IMG/VR virus record: IMGVR_UViG_3300031951_000033
Reading direction: 5' to 3' (one strand)
Source: an uncultured virus (IMG/VR IMGVR_UViG_3300031951_000033)
Lineage: Duplodnaviria > Heunggongvirae > Uroviricota > Caudoviricetes
Length of the DNA stretch: 64,000 nt
Numbering within the stretch: position 1 is the first letter of the stretch; each line of letters starts with the position of its first letter. Under the pieces are notes generated by a model. It saw nothing but the letters and a program-made list of their open reading frames with translations. It was not told the origin of the DNA and did no database searches. Positions 1 through 11,081 of the stretch are shown here, piece by piece. The translations under genes were made by a program, and so were the position numbers.

Positions 1-339
1 GTAAATCCGCAGAACAACTATTCAGCGCAGACTAACAAAAATAAAAGCAAGATCTACTATGTTTTGGCGCATGTAGAGTCTGTGCAGCATACTTTTACCG
101 TAGAAGAAGACGGAGCAAGAAGTTTCGTGACTTCAGTGCAGTTTGTAAGAGGGATAGTGGTTGACGGCAATAATATCCCAGCGAACATAGGCTCTCTTGA
201 TAAAAACGTAAATCAAATAGGATCGGGCGCCGAGTACGACAATCACAAGAATGTCACAACCTCATCCGAGTCTATGGATCCAGACCACGTCCCAGATCCT
301 ATACACAGAGTTATAGTTCCTCCAGGAGGCTTTAAGTAA
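1..339 (+). CDS. C-terminal part of a tail/baseplate hub-like protein (5'-truncated by window)
   Basis: Frame is open from base 1 (VNPQNNY...IYYVLAHVESVQHTF); the V-x-H-x-F...T-x-V-x-F-x-RG ending resembles hub proteins; it lies directly before the spike-like gene. Confidence 0.5.
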   Translation, partial: VNPQNNYSAQTNKNKSKIYYVLAHVESVQHTFTVEEDGARSFVTSVQFVRGIVVDGNNIPANIGSLDKNVNQIGSGAEYDNHKNVTTSSESMDPDHVPDPIHRVIVPPGGFK

Positions 340-341
340 TC

Positions 342-1346
342 ATGGATTTTGGCAGGATAAGAGACAGTAGTATCTGGGAAAACGACAAGTCTAATGTTGT
401 CGCTAGAGAGACTGATTCTGTGCTTAAGATAGGCACAGTCAAAGACGTTATAAACGATATCAACGGCGAACTAAGATACACAGTTGAAGTCCTAAACAAG
501 GGCGTTATAGCTAGGATAAGCTGTAAATTGCTGAGGCGATTTGGCGGCGTTTACAACTACGAGGACTACGTTTACCAAGGATACAACGTTGCGCCGACAT
601 CTACTCAGATAGGATATACGGCTAAGGCCGGTGATTCTGTGATAGTTGGACAGATAAACGGTAGAGGTTCAGAGGGCATAATTCTTGGCGGCGTCACACA
701 CATAGCAAGAAATAGCAGCACTGCTCTTAAGGCGGCCGGTGGACCTCAGTACAACATGATGTTCAACGGGATAAATAATAGCATCAACAGTTCAGGCGAA
801 TGGACGCTGACGTTCATGGGGTTGCCGACCAACATCAAGGTGCTTAACGATACCGCAAAAGGCCCTATTCCTGCGCCTAAATACGACACCAAGATCGGAT
901 CTACTTTCATCAAGATAGACAAAACAGGCGGATATACAGTTAGCGACAACGCGAACGAGACTCCTCAAACGATAAAGATAGACAAAGCTGCTGGAACCGT
1001 ATCTATCATCTCGGGCAAGATAGTTCTTACTCTCACAAAGAAAAGCGAGGCTGTCTCTTTAACCAGTAAGAGTCTTGCTGTGAATGCCTCAGAGTCTATA
1101 TCTAAATCAACTAAAAAATACACCTTAAGCGCAACGACCTCAGCGAGCATAAAAAGCCCTAAAGTTGCGATAGGTACAAGTTCCATAGAGCTGCTGGATC
1201 AAATCATTAAGGCAATAGAAAAACTAGGCCTAGTTACCCCTATATCTCCAGTTGGGCCTTGTACGCCGCTGCAGGCAACGCCACAGTGGGCTCAGGTCCT
1301 ACAGATTCAGAATCAAATAAAGTCAATAAAGGGAAGCATATCTTAA
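342..1346 (+). CDS. Baseplate central spike (gpV/gp5-like)
   Basis: N-terminal OB-like region (GDSVIVGQINGRGSEGIILG), then beta-helix-like S/T/K-rich repeats; baseplate context. Confidence 0.6.
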   Translation: MDFGRIRDSSIWENDKSNVVARETDSVLKIGTVKDVINDINGELRYTVEVLNKGVIARISCKLLRRFGGVYNYEDYVYQGYNVAPTSTQIGYTAKAGDSVIVGQINGRGSEGIILGGVTHIARNSSTALKAAGGPQYNMMFNGINNSINSSGEWTLTFMGLPTNIKVLNDTAKGPIPAPKYDTKIGSTFIKIDKTGGYTVSDNANETPQTIKIDKAAGTVSIISGKIVLTLTKKSEAVSLTSKSLAVNASESISKSTKKYTLSATTSASIKSPKVAIGTSSIELLDQIIKAIEKLGLVTPISPVGPCTPLQATPQWAQVLQIQNQIKSIKGSIS

Positions 1347-1370
1347 CTTTATAAGGGTTATTATATCTAT

Positions 1371-2330
1371 ATGAGTTTTTTCAACGACATAGCAAATCTT
1401 GCCTCTCCGGGTCCCAGCCAATCAAATAATCGTTCGGCTGACACTCAGTTTAAAAATCCGCTGCCGTTGAACGAAAATTTTTATCCGCTGCAGTTAGAGA
1501 ACTGGTATACCGCCAAACCTTATGGCTTTAAAATGAAATCGAGGGATGGAAGCGAATACGTAATGTTTTTGCCCATCAGCCCAGCGAACCTAACTATCTC
1601 TACGCCGTTTGCTACAAACATGATCACGACTCTTTACGGTACAGTTGAAGAGCACACAAACAACAGATATTTCGACATCTCTATAGAAGGCACAACAGGT
1701 ATTTCTCCAAAGTTCGTCGAGCCTGCTCAGGTAACTAGCGGCGGAATACAGTCTGCGTTTCAAACGCTTAAAGAACCGGGAAGAGCGAGCTATCCGTTGA
1801 CTCAACCCATATTGGGCGGGTTTTTTCAGAACACCGTTAGTCAGGCTATAAACGTGTTAAATCAAGCAAAAAAGGTTGTAGACGCGTTTTCTCCTAAAAA
1901 AACCTTAGAAACTGCTTTGTATACAGATCAAACTGGATACGCGGCCTTTCACAACCTTTACAGGTTTTTGATGCAGTATAAGTATGATGTAGCTGGAGTC
2001 AATAGCTCGACTCCGATAAGTAAACACCCGTTGACGTTCTTCAACTACAAGGACAACAATGCCTACGATGTAGCAATAAGATCTTTTACACTGCGCAGAA
2101 CTGCAGAAAATCCGATGCTGTATTACTACTCTATAACAATGAGAGGATACAATATCAGGAAGTGCGATGATAAATTAGACTCAGAAGATCTTAGCGGTAG
2201 ATTAAGAAATCTAGGTCTTGATGGTATAAACAGCTCCGGCACTGTTTTCACCAATGTCAAAAATATATCGAATAATGCTAAAAACGCTTTAGGTTCACTT
2301 CAAAACGGAATAAAGATATTCGGGTCTTAA
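1371..2330 (+). CDS. Baseplate/tail-tube initiator-like structural protein
   Basis: Motifs ISPANLTIS...TLYGTVEEH...ISIEGTTG and FTLRRTAENPMLYYYSITM; position in baseplate operon. Confidence 0.5.
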   Translation: MSFFNDIANLASPGPSQSNNRSADTQFKNPLPLNENFYPLQLENWYTAKPYGFKMKSRDGSEYVMFLPISPANLTISTPFATNMITTLYGTVEEHTNNRYFDISIEGTTGISPKFVEPAQVTSGGIQSAFQTLKEPGRASYPLTQPILGGFFQNTVSQAINVLNQAKKVVDAFSPKKTLETALYTDQTGYAAFHNLYRFLMQYKYDVAGVNSSTPISKHPLTFFNYKDNNAYDVAIRSFTLRRTAENPMLYYYSITMRGYNIRKCDDKLDSEDLSGRLRNLGLDGINSSGTVFTNVKNISNNAKNALGSLQNGIKIFGS

Positions 2331-3926
2331 ATGGCAACACTTAATTCGGCATATCAGGGCACCTCTTCTATAAATCTTTGGTTTAAAATTCAAAGCGGCG
2401 ACCCTCTTTCTTTGTCTGATGTGCCGGCTATAATTCCGCTTAGATGGCCGTTCTTCAGAGACAACTGGGACGGCCTTTATCCTGTGCTTGAGCAGCGCAT
2501 CCAGAGCTATTCGTCTCCAAGTTTGTTTGAGTCTCAGCTTAAGGCTTTTACAGATTTCGTTAACATACAGCGAACAGTGCAAAACCCGCTCTTTAATCCA
2601 TTAAGCGGGTCTGATGTTTTTTATCGTTTCTACACGGTTTTTGACAACATACTGATAACGTCTATCGGACTCACAAATCAAGAGCAAAAAATAGTAGACA
2701 CTACAGTTAACACTGTTTCCAACTACACAAAGAACAACTTTATAGAAATAAAGAGTGATCTTCAGGCATTTAGAGACAGGTTATCTGACTCTGTGGGATT
2801 GACAGATCCTACTTACAACGAAGTGTTCACTAGAAGCGCCATAGCGCCTCAAGTGTCCGCGTCTATACCAGACTTGCTCTACATGCTCCAGCTTAACAAC
2901 ACGATAAAGTCAGTCGACTTCATCTTGGCCAATCTATTTGCTGTAGATGCGGTCGTAGATCCGTTTACTCTGGCTAGAGATAACGCCAATAATCCAGAGA
3001 TAAACATACAGAACTATTCGTCTGGAAGTCTAGTTAGATTTAACTACGGCGATTCTTTAGAGGCTTTAGCTCAAAGATATCTAGGTGACTCAAATTCGTG
3101 GATAGATATCGCTATAGCGAACGGTCTTAAACCGCCTTATATAGATGAAATAGGGGTTACGGTACCGCTAAAGACAAACGGCGGTGGCAATACGATAACT
3201 TTGGCTCAAACTGACTCAAACGGTCAAGACAACTTTAGTAAGCTGTACGTCAATCAGTCGCTTTTCATACAGTCAAACACCCAACTGTTTCCTGACCAGC
3301 GAACGGTCATCAATATAGTTCAAATTGCCGTGTCAGGGGACATAGTGGTCACGCTCAATGGGCAAGACAATCTAGACGCGTACACGGTTACAGATCAGGC
3401 CTATATAAGGATATACGCTCCGTCCACGGTAAACAGTAACCAGTTTATTCTTATCCCTTCTATCACTCAGTTGCCTAACGATAGGCAAGAAACTGTGCCT
3501 TGGTTTCTTGAGAAAAGCCCAGAAGACGAGAAGCGCACTGGAATTGATCTGCGTATAGCCGATACCGGTGATCTGCTATTTACATCTAACGGCGATTACG
3601 CCTTAAGCTATGGGTTACAAAATGCGCTTCAAGCTGTAAAACTTAAGCTGTCGACTCAAATCGGAGAATTAAGATTCCACCAGGGTTTTGGCATCATAAA
3701 CGTGGTCGGTCAAAACAATCAGGATACAGGATCTATAAGATCTGCAATAGTCGCTTCGCTTAACGACCAGATATCTCAAGATCCTAGGTTCGACAGGATA
3801 GAGGCTCTTTCGGTGAATTATGTCACTGACAATACTTCTGCCCCACGATTTATAGTGAATATGCAGGTTAGACTTGCAGGGGGCAGTAAAGTCGTGCCTA
3901 TTAGTTTTAACATGAACTATACATAA
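2331..3926 (+). CDS. Baseplate protein with LysM-like motif and C-terminal gp25/GPW-like domain
   Basis: GDSLEALAQRYLGDSNSWIDIAIANGL (LysM/tail-X-like); C-terminal NALQAVKLKLSTQIGELRFHQGFG...QDPRFDRI (gp25-like). Confidence 0.75.
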   Translation: MATLNSAYQGTSSINLWFKIQSGDPLSLSDVPAIIPLRWPFFRDNWDGLYPVLEQRIQSYSSPSLFESQLKAFTDFVNIQRTVQNPLFNPLSGSDVFYRFYTVFDNILITSIGLTNQEQKIVDTTVNTVSNYTKNNFIEIKSDLQAFRDRLSDSVGLTDPTYNEVFTRSAIAPQVSASIPDLLYMLQLNNTIKSVDFILANLFAVDAVVDPFTLARDNANNPEINIQNYSSGSLVRFNYGDSLEALAQRYLGDSNSWIDIAIANGLKPPYIDEIGVTVPLKTNGGGNTITLAQTDSNGQDNFSKLYVNQSLFIQSNTQLFPDQRTVINIVQIAVSGDIVVTLNGQDNLDAYTVTDQAYIRIYAPSTVNSNQFILIPSITQLPNDRQETVPWFLEKSPEDEKRTGIDLRIADTGDLLFTSNGDYALSYGLQNALQAVKLKLSTQIGELRFHQGFGIINVVGQNNQDTGSIRSAIVASLNDQISQDPRFDRIEALSVNYVTDNTSAPRFIVNMQVRLAGGSKVVPISFNMNYT

Positions 3927-3955
3927 GCCGCTATGAGGGTACAATAGAGGTAAAT

Positions 3956-6900
3956 ATGGCGTCGCAGATAAGTATTCAAAGTTTCAATCAGTTTTTGGGT
4001 TCGATGGTAAGAAAGATCATCGCTGAGACACCGTTAAACGACGTTAATCAGGGATCAGTCCTTCTGACACTGCTTGAGGCGTGCGCATCAAACGATTTTG
4101 AGAACAACGCAGCTATACTCAGCGTACTGGATCTACTTAACATAGACACACTTCAAGGCAGTGACCTCGATTCTAGAGCAGCAGATTACGGTCTTTCTAG
4201 AGGTGTTGCTACTAGAGCTTCTGGCTATGTAAGCATATTCAACACGAGCATAGAAAAACAAAGCTCTAGTCTTTATGTCATTAAGCCTCCTCCGACCTCT
4301 GGACAAACAATAATATACGTCAACAGCACATCTGGTTGGGCTACAAGCGGAAGTCTCTACATAGGACGCGGCACGACGTCGTTCGAAGGTCCCATCAATT
4401 ACTCTTTTAATCCTGCGATCGATGTTTTCCCCACTTACACGCAGATAACTCTCGCCAGCGCACTTCAAAATAATCACCTTATATCCGACACCGTTGTAAC
4501 TGCGCAAGGTCAACCAGACAGAGTGATTCCTTCGGGAACGAGTATTAACATCTCTGCGAACAGCATATCGCCAAAGATAGAGTACACGCTGCTTCGAGAT
4601 GCGATATTGCCTGCAGGCGAAGTGGAAGTAACTCAGATACCGGTTGTAGCGCTCAGCGCTGGTTCCAGCGGCAATGCGCCGATCAACACCATAACAAATT
4701 TTGAAGCTGTTCCTTTTACTGGTGCAACCGTTACCAACCCTGATGCGTTTACCACAGGTGAAGACGTAGAGACAGATCAAGACCTTAGGGACAGACTTAA
4801 AAACTACGTAAACACGCTCTCTAGAGGTACGGCAAACGCCATTATATCTGCAGTTATCGGCGTGTCAGATCCTCAAGACAATAAGCAGGTTGCTTCTGCT
4901 GTTATAGCAGAATCGCCGTCTATTGGCGCGCCTGCCACTCTCTACATAGATGACGGAACTGGATTTGAACCGTCTTATGCTGGACAGGGCGTAGAGGTCC
5001 TTCTTGCTAACGCTAACGGCACGGAAAAATTCCTACAGCTCACCAACTTTCCTGTTACTCGTCCGCAAGTTGTCAATGCTGCCTCTGGTCCTTTCGATAT
5101 AAACGCTGGATCTTTCTTGCGAGTCACTGTAGATACAGTTCAGGAACTAATCACGTTCTCTTCTTCTCAGTTTGCCAATATATCATCTGCTCAAGTAAGC
5201 GAGATCGTGGTCGCCATAAACGCGCAGTCCGAGAACTTTAAGGCTTACACAACAAATAATTCTCAAAACATACTCTTGTTACCAACTGCTTGGGATGCAG
5301 AGACAATTCAAGTCGGTGCATTGCAAGATAGCGATCTGCCTTCTCTTTACGCCAACACAGTACTGCAGTTTCCTACCGCGGAATATTCGTACATATCTCT
5401 ATTCAAGAACAATAACAGGCTTAGGCAGAAGCAGATATCTGCAGTATTAGAAACTGCTGGACAAGGTATATGGGGTGTTTCTAACCCTGGAAATATTTCT
5501 ATAGCTGTCGACGGCACGCCAGAACAAGATAGAACTTTCACTCTTAGTCTATTTCCCGGCGTTTCGTCTTGGGGACTTATAACACTTCAGCAGTGGGCAG
5601 ACGCTTTTAACAGTCAGTTTGCTGGTATAACGGCGACCGCTACGGCAAATCAGACCCTTAAAATACAGTCTAACAGAGAAGGTTCAGCGTCTTCTTTGGC
5701 TGTAATCGGCGGCAGTCTAGCAAGCAAGCTGTTTCCCACTCAAGATACTTTTGCTGTAGGGCAAGACAGCGGATTTTTGATTAACAGGCAGACTGGAAAC
5801 ATAGAAATGCTTCAGGATATTCAGCCTGGAGATGCTGTAAGCGCCGGTATTTCTGACGCTAGAGGGTTCGTGCAGTCTGTTGCTACAACCACTGGAACAT
5901 ATCTATTAACCACAGACGGAGAAGGGCATCCAGCGAACATGATTATAGTTGCAGACTCTACGTACTGCGACAAGAGATCTGTGGTACTGAGCGTTGGGAT
6001 GACGATAACCGTATCTATCCCTTCGTCACCTATTGCTAGAATTTTATCTAGTTCTGCCAGCACATTTGCGGCTCTGCTTCCAGGGGATTACATATATGTG
6101 TCTCCTACTACCGCGCCTGCTTTTAACGTGAACAACACTGGTCTTTTTAAGGTTGTCGCTAAGGGTGATCATCTTACTGCTGGAACTGACACTTATATAG
6201 AAGTCTGGAATCAAAACGCTGTAGCACAAACAGCCTTTACCATAATAGACACGACAATAATTCAGGGTTTTGGTACTGACGCGTATCCGCAAATATGGTA
6301 CGGCGCAAGTTTACCAACTCCCGCTGCAGCCTCTCTAAACGACATAGTTGATTCTATAGGATCCACGTTGATCAACATTAGAGCGAGCATATATCAATCT
6401 AACTCTATCAGGATAACGTCTAACACTGAGACAGGCGGCAGCATCGCGATTCCTGTAGCAATAGGTAACACAGGCGTTGTGTTTTCTCCCACTGCTAGCG
6501 CTCAGTTTGGAAATCAAAGCCAGACGGCGAACTTAGTTTCCAGCAAATCAGCTTTTACTTATTTCAAGCCACAGACCGCTGTCGATACATGGATAAACAG
6601 GCAGATAGTTTTGGATGTAAAGGGCGCCTTAACTGCAAATGCGACTCCAGATCCTTATCCGTTTTCCGGATCCTATGGCGAATCCATACAGTCCACCAGC
6701 ATTTTTAACTCTTCTGTTACAGAATACGGCAACATAATAAACCTCACTCGCGGTGATAACAAAGGGCAGCAGCGCACTGTTGCTGCGTTTCTAGGTGGAG
6801 ATACACTCGGAACACAGAAGACGCTAGCTAGAACTTCTCTTAATCACATAATCGGCGACGAGTTTCAGGTAGTCAAACCTTATCAGTTCTCTTCCGGCGA

Positions 6901-9900
6901 TAACCTTGTTGCTGTCATAGACAACGACTCAGTAAACAAAACAATAAATATAAACATGGCAAGAACCGGCCAGATAAACTCTGGTTCCTGGTATCCGCTG
7001 CCTATAAACGTTAACGTATTTATTCCGACCACCACTGAATTTTCCGCCAACGATTACGACAACCAGCCAGGTATAAATTTTTCTAGTGCTGCGGTTTGGA
7101 GCACGTCGCTCAACGACACCGACTTCAGCGATTATGCTATATGGTTCAGGGCCAGAAACTACTATTGTTCCGGCGGTATAGCTGGCACTGACGGAAAAAT
7201 GATTCTTAGAGCGTCAGAGTATGGTCCTAACGGCTCTAAAATTCGCTTCAACATGGTGTACCCGATATCACCAAGTTTAACTCCAACAACTACTTACGTT
7301 AACACGCCTTCAAACACCTTGTTCTCTTACGTGTTTGGGTCCGATGTCGCAAGACCTATAGCTGTTTCAGCGGCCGATACTATAACGGTTACTGGTCCTT
7401 ATCCAAACACAACGACCAATTTTCCTGCCGGCGCTGGATCAAGCGGAAATTATTACGACTACACCTTTTCTGCCGGAAACTTTTCGTCGGTAGTATCTGG
7501 CGATATATTGAGTATATTGGCTGGATCTGGAGTAAGTACCTCTAACAGCGGTCAGTTTGGGATTAAAAACAAATCTGGATTGACCGTACGCGTACTGAAT
7601 CCTGTTGCTTCTGTAACTACGCCTGGTTCTGCTTCAAGAGACACTCTTACTGCTGTCGCCGATGTAGCGGGTACAGCAGCTGTGTTCTCCTTAACGGCAA
7701 GGGCAGATGTATCGAACAACCTTAACAATACGTATTTCTTGATATACGCCGCTTCTTCGCCTTCCAGCCCTGTCGTAGTTTGGTTCAACATGAACGGTGC
7801 TGGCGTTCAGCCTGTTGTGGCTGGCGCTTCTAGATACATAGCATGTGCCACTGTCAGCACGAACGACATTGCTACCACAGTCGCAGATAAGGTCGTAAAC
7901 ACGCTGAACAACGATAGCGCTTTTACAGCTTCTCGAGTCGGTGCTGCCATAACGATCACTAACGTGCAAGTAGGCTTGACCTCCAATGCTGCCGCGGGAA
8001 CATCTGGTTTTACTTCTGTGTCGACTACTCCAGGCACAGATCCCGTATCGGTGAATGGCAAGTACTTCCTCGTATATGACTCGCTTGGATCTGTTGCTAT
8101 ATGGTATGATTTGAACAACAGCGGAATAACACCTGAGCCATCAGTCGGTCAACGTCGCTCTATACGCATAACCACTGTAAACACCGGTGACAGCGCTGCA
8201 ACTATAGCAACAAAAACAGTAGCTGCGCTTGTGGCCTTAACGTCTGATGTATTTACTGCGTCTGTTGTAGTTGCTGGTGCTCAATTTAGAGTCATAAGGT
8301 CGTTTAACGGAAACGTTGCCGTGGGTAGCGCGGGAAATAGCGGCTTTACTGGATACTCGTTTACGCCTGGTACTTTACCGGCCGCAGAGACAATAACAAC
8401 TCCAGCTAACTTAAATATATTTCCGCTGATAGATAACGATGTCGCCGCTATAACATCCGAAATAAACAACAGTCTTGTTATGACTGCGACGCCCGTAACC
8501 GGAGCAAGCGCCCTGAATATAAGCGTCTCTACTGCAGAAGAGACGATCGCAGTAAGTTACAACCACGTTCCTCCACAGGGCTATGTGGAAATGTATGATT
8601 CTTATAACTACACTAAGATATTTAGCAACATAAATCCAAACTTCACCATGAAGTTTCCGTTCGTTCTTCAGGGCGCAGCACCATCTATATATTCGATGGA
8701 TACTTGTCCGAACTTCGATGCTGGTGACGGCGAACTATTTAAGTTGATTCCAACTACGGCTCAAAACCTGTATCACCACTTTACGCAAAAAGCTCTCTCT
8801 ACACTGCCGATTGTATCTAATGTGGGAATAAGCAACGACAGAAGAAATGTTCAGATAGCATCTAAACAGTTTGGGTCTGTCGGCGCAGTTCAAATATTGG
8901 GCGGAACAGGAAACGAGTCTAAGCTGTATCTGGAGCGTCAATCTGAAACCTCTACAGATATTAGCGGCAAATTCCTTCTTGCAAAAGTTCAGGCTTTTCC
9001 AAGCTCTTGCTCCGTTGATGATATCGTCCTCATAGAGAATGATGCGGGTGTTAATAGGTTTAACAGAGTGTTGTCTACAGACACAGTAAACGTCAGCCTG
9101 CAGTCAGTGTCGAGATATCAATACGCCGTAAATGCAAAATCTGTTAGTTCATCTGGTACTACGTTCGCTATAACGGATGTCGGCAGCTCTTACGGGTATC
9201 CTACTGGCTTCGTATTCAGGTGGACACAAGGCGGCACTCTTATGGATTTCTCTAGGGTGCAAGCAGGCGATCTATTGTACGCCTTTGGAACTCTTTCTAG
9301 TTCGTGGGCGTACTCTAATAGAGTTAGATCTAACGGAGAAGAGGTTATCGGCGGATTACCTATAGTAGCAGTAAACACTTCTAGTGGTTATGTTGATGTG
9401 ATTAACCCGTTTGGCGTCACAATGACAACGCAAACAGTGGGTACCGGTACCGTACAGATCTGCTCGTCTCAGGGCATTCAATGGGTAGCAAAGCACGCAG
9501 GATACAACACTATAGCATCATTTGCGCGTGCTTCAGGCACGATAACGGTGTCGACCTCTTCACCGCACTTCCTCAATAATTCAGAGACTGTTTACATACG
9601 TGACAGTTCAAACATATCGGACGGCAGCTACGGACCTATAACTGTAACAAGTCCAACACAGTTCACTTTTTCTAATGCCGGTCTTGATTTTAATGAGACG
9701 CCGTTGTATGCAACGGTCATCAAAAACAGCCTGTCTGCGTCCGTTACGAGATACAGGCTAGAAAAACTTGGATATAATGACCTTGTTCGTCTTAGCTGGC
9801 AAGGCGGACAGCAGCCATATTTTAGCAAGTGCGGCGTAGCGGTAGACGATTATATAGTGATAAAGGGCAACACGTTCTCTGCTAACAACAACGGAACGTT

Positions 9901-11080
9901 TAGGGTGTTGGCCGTAGATGATTCTTCCGTCATATTCAAGAATCCTTCTGCTACCGAACAGCTGAACACGATTATCCCGATGAACAATAGGCAGACAGCT
10001 GTTTCGTGGACAGCTAGCGGCAGCACTGTTACTGGAACCGCCGGCTCGTTTAAATACGTCACTGTTGGCAGTTGGGTTAAAAAAGAAAATGATCCTGAAT
10101 CCTACTTCTTACAGGTCACGGCATTGAACGCCGCGCCTTTGAGCGCTACCGAAATGACATTAGGTGGAAACTACTTGGGATCTAGTTCTGCAGCTACTGG
10201 TTTAGTTTACAACCAAGATACTGGCTACGATCAAGGAATTTTCTTAAAAGATCCTTACGATGTAACCTTCTATGAGGGCGATTCGTTGTTGATCGGTGAT
10301 ACGTTAAATGTGCAGAATTCTATAAACAGCGGCTGGTTCAGCGCAGGCAACTGCGGTAACTTTACTGCGATAAGCTACGGCACAGACAATTCGTATCGCC
10401 CGTATGTGCTTGTATCTAATTCTTCTGGTGTCGTTGAGTCCGGCATAACGCTTTCTAGTAATCCAAACGGGTTTTACGTGACAGAGAGCCTAGAGAATAA
10501 GTTCTATACGATAAGAAAAGTCGCCAGGGCTGTAATAAACTCGGGTGACAGTTCTCTCAGAGATATTTACTTGACACCTTCTAGCAGAAGCTACAAGTTC
10601 AGCGTGGCAAATAATTCTAGCATAACCCACTTAGGTAAGGCTTCTTACAGCGACACTATCGTCAAGGGACTGGATGGTTACACTTACTACACGGGGCTTC
10701 TGCAAAATGTCCAGCGAATAGTAGACGGTTATGCACCAGATTCCAACGATTATCCTGGGCAAAGAGCTGCAGGGAGTGCGATAGAGACTCTTCCGCCGCT
10801 GATCAAGCAGATATATCTGTCTCTCAGCATAACCACTAATTTCGGTGTGAACCTTTCAGATGTGTCTAACAACGTTAAGACCACCGTAATAAACTACATA
10901 GAAAAACTTGCTGTTGGTGAGGCACCGGTGTTGTCTCAGATTATAGCAAACATTCAAGCGGTTAAAGGTATTGCTACGGTGGTAATCACCAGTCCTTCAC
11001 CTACGTCGAGTCAACCAACAATACCGGTTCTCAGCAACGAAAAGGCTCTGGTGCAAGCTAATAACATAGTGATTTCATAA
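3956..11080 (+). CDS. Giant baseplate wedge protein (baseplate J/gp6-like), 2374 aa
   Basis: N-terminal gpJ motifs (LDSRAADYGLSR...ATRASG; GSSGNAP; GEDVETDQDLRDRL; SRGTANAI); gpJ-like C-terminus (YIEKLAVGE...SQIIANIQAVKGI). Confidence 0.85.
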   Translation: MASQISIQSFNQFLGSMVRKIIAETPLNDVNQGSVLLTLLEACASNDFENNAAILSVLDLLNIDTLQGSDLDSRAADYGLSRGVATRASGYVSIFNTSIEKQSSSLYVIKPPPTSGQTIIYVNSTSGWATSGSLYIGRGTTSFEGPINYSFNPAIDVFPTYTQITLASALQNNHLISDTVVTAQGQPDRVIPSGTSINISANSISPKIEYTLLRDAILPAGEVEVTQIPVVALSAGSSGNAPINTITNFEAVPFTGATVTNPDAFTTGEDVETDQDLRDRLKNYVNTLSRGTANAIISAVIGVSDPQDNKQVASAVIAESPSIGAPATLYIDDGTGFEPSYAGQGVEVLLANANGTEKFLQLTNFPVTRPQVVNAASGPFDINAGSFLRVTVDTVQELITFSSSQFANISSAQVSEIVVAINAQSENFKAYTTNNSQNILLLPTAWDAETIQVGALQDSDLPSLYANTVLQFPTAEYSYISLFKNNNRLRQKQISAVLETAGQGIWGVSNPGNISIAVDGTPEQDRTFTLSLFPGVSSWGLITLQQWADAFNSQFAGITATATANQTLKIQSNREGSASSLAVIGGSLASKLFPTQDTFAVGQDSGFLINRQTGNIEMLQDIQPGDAVSAGISDARGFVQSVATTTGTYLLTTDGEGHPANMIIVADSTYCDKRSVVLSVGMTITVSIPSSPIARILSSSASTFAALLPGDYIYVSPTTAPAFNVNNTGLFKVVAKGDHLTAGTDTYIEVWNQNAVAQTAFTIIDTTIIQGFGTDAYPQIWYGASLPTPAAASLNDIVDSIGSTLINIRASIYQSNSIRITSNTETGGSIAIPVAIGNTGVVFSPTASAQFGNQSQTANLVSSKSAFTYFKPQTAVDTWINRQIVLDVKGALTANATPDPYPFSGSYGESIQSTSIFNSSVTEYGNIINLTRGDNKGQQRTVAAFLGGDTLGTQKTLARTSLNHIIGDEFQVVKPYQFSSGDNLVAVIDNDSVNKTININMARTGQINSGSWYPLPINVNVFIPTTTEFSANDYDNQPGINFSSAAVWSTSLNDTDFSDYAIWFRARNYYCSGGIAGTDGKMILRASEYGPNGSKIRFNMVYPISPSLTPTTTYVNTPSNTLFSYVFGSDVARPIAVSAADTITVTGPYPNTTTNFPAGAGSSGNYYDYTFSAGNFSSVVSGDILSILAGSGVSTSNSGQFGIKNKSGLTVRVLNPVASVTTPGSASRDTLTAVADVAGTAAVFSLTARADVSNNLNNTYFLIYAASSPSSPVVVWFNMNGAGVQPVVAGASRYIACATVSTNDIATTVADKVVNTLNNDSAFTASRVGAAITITNVQVGLTSNAAAGTSGFTSVSTTPGTDPVSVNGKYFLVYDSLGSVAIWYDLNNSGITPEPSVGQRRSIRITTVNTGDSAATIATKTVAALVALTSDVFTASVVVAGAQFRVIRSFNGNVAVGSAGNSGFTGYSFTPGTLPAAETITTPANLNIFPLIDNDVAAITSEINNSLVMTATPVTGASALNISVSTAEETIAVSYNHVPPQGYVEMYDSYNYTKIFSNINPNFTMKFPFVLQGAAPSIYSMDTCPNFDAGDGELFKLIPTTAQNLYHHFTQKALSTLPIVSNVGISNDRRNVQIASKQFGSVGAVQILGGTGNESKLYLERQSETSTDISGKFLLAKVQAFPSSCSVDDIVLIENDAGVNRFNRVLSTDTVNVSLQSVSRYQYAVNAKSVSSSGTTFAITDVGSSYGYPTGFVFRWTQGGTLMDFSRVQAGDLLYAFGTLSSSWAYSNRVRSNGEEVIGGLPIVAVNTSSGYVDVINPFGVTMTTQTVGTGTVQICSSQGIQWVAKHAGYNTIASFARASGTITVSTSSPHFLNNSETVYIRDSSNISDGSYGPITVTSPTQFTFSNAGLDFNETPLYATVIKNSLSASVTRYRLEKLGYNDLVRLSWQGGQQPYFSKCGVAVDDYIVIKGNTFSANNNGTFRVLAVDDSSVIFKNPSATEQLNTIIPMNNRQTAVSWTASGSTVTGTAGSFKYVTVGSWVKKENDPESYFLQVTALNAAPLSATEMTLGGNYLGSSSAATGLVYNQDTGYDQGIFLKDPYDVTFYEGDSLLIGDTLNVQNSINSGWFSAGNCGNFTAISYGTDNSYRPYVLVSNSSGVVESGITLSSNPNGFYVTESLENKFYTIRKVARAVINSGDSSLRDIYLTPSSRSYKFSVANNSSITHLGKASYSDTIVKGLDGYTYYTGLLQNVQRIVDGYAPDSNDYPGQRAAGSAIETLPPLIKQIYLSLSITTNFGVNLSDVSNNVKTTVINYIEKLAVGEAPVLSQIIANIQAVKGIATVVITSPSPTSSQPTIPVLSNEKALVQANNIVIS

Positions 11081-11081
11081 T

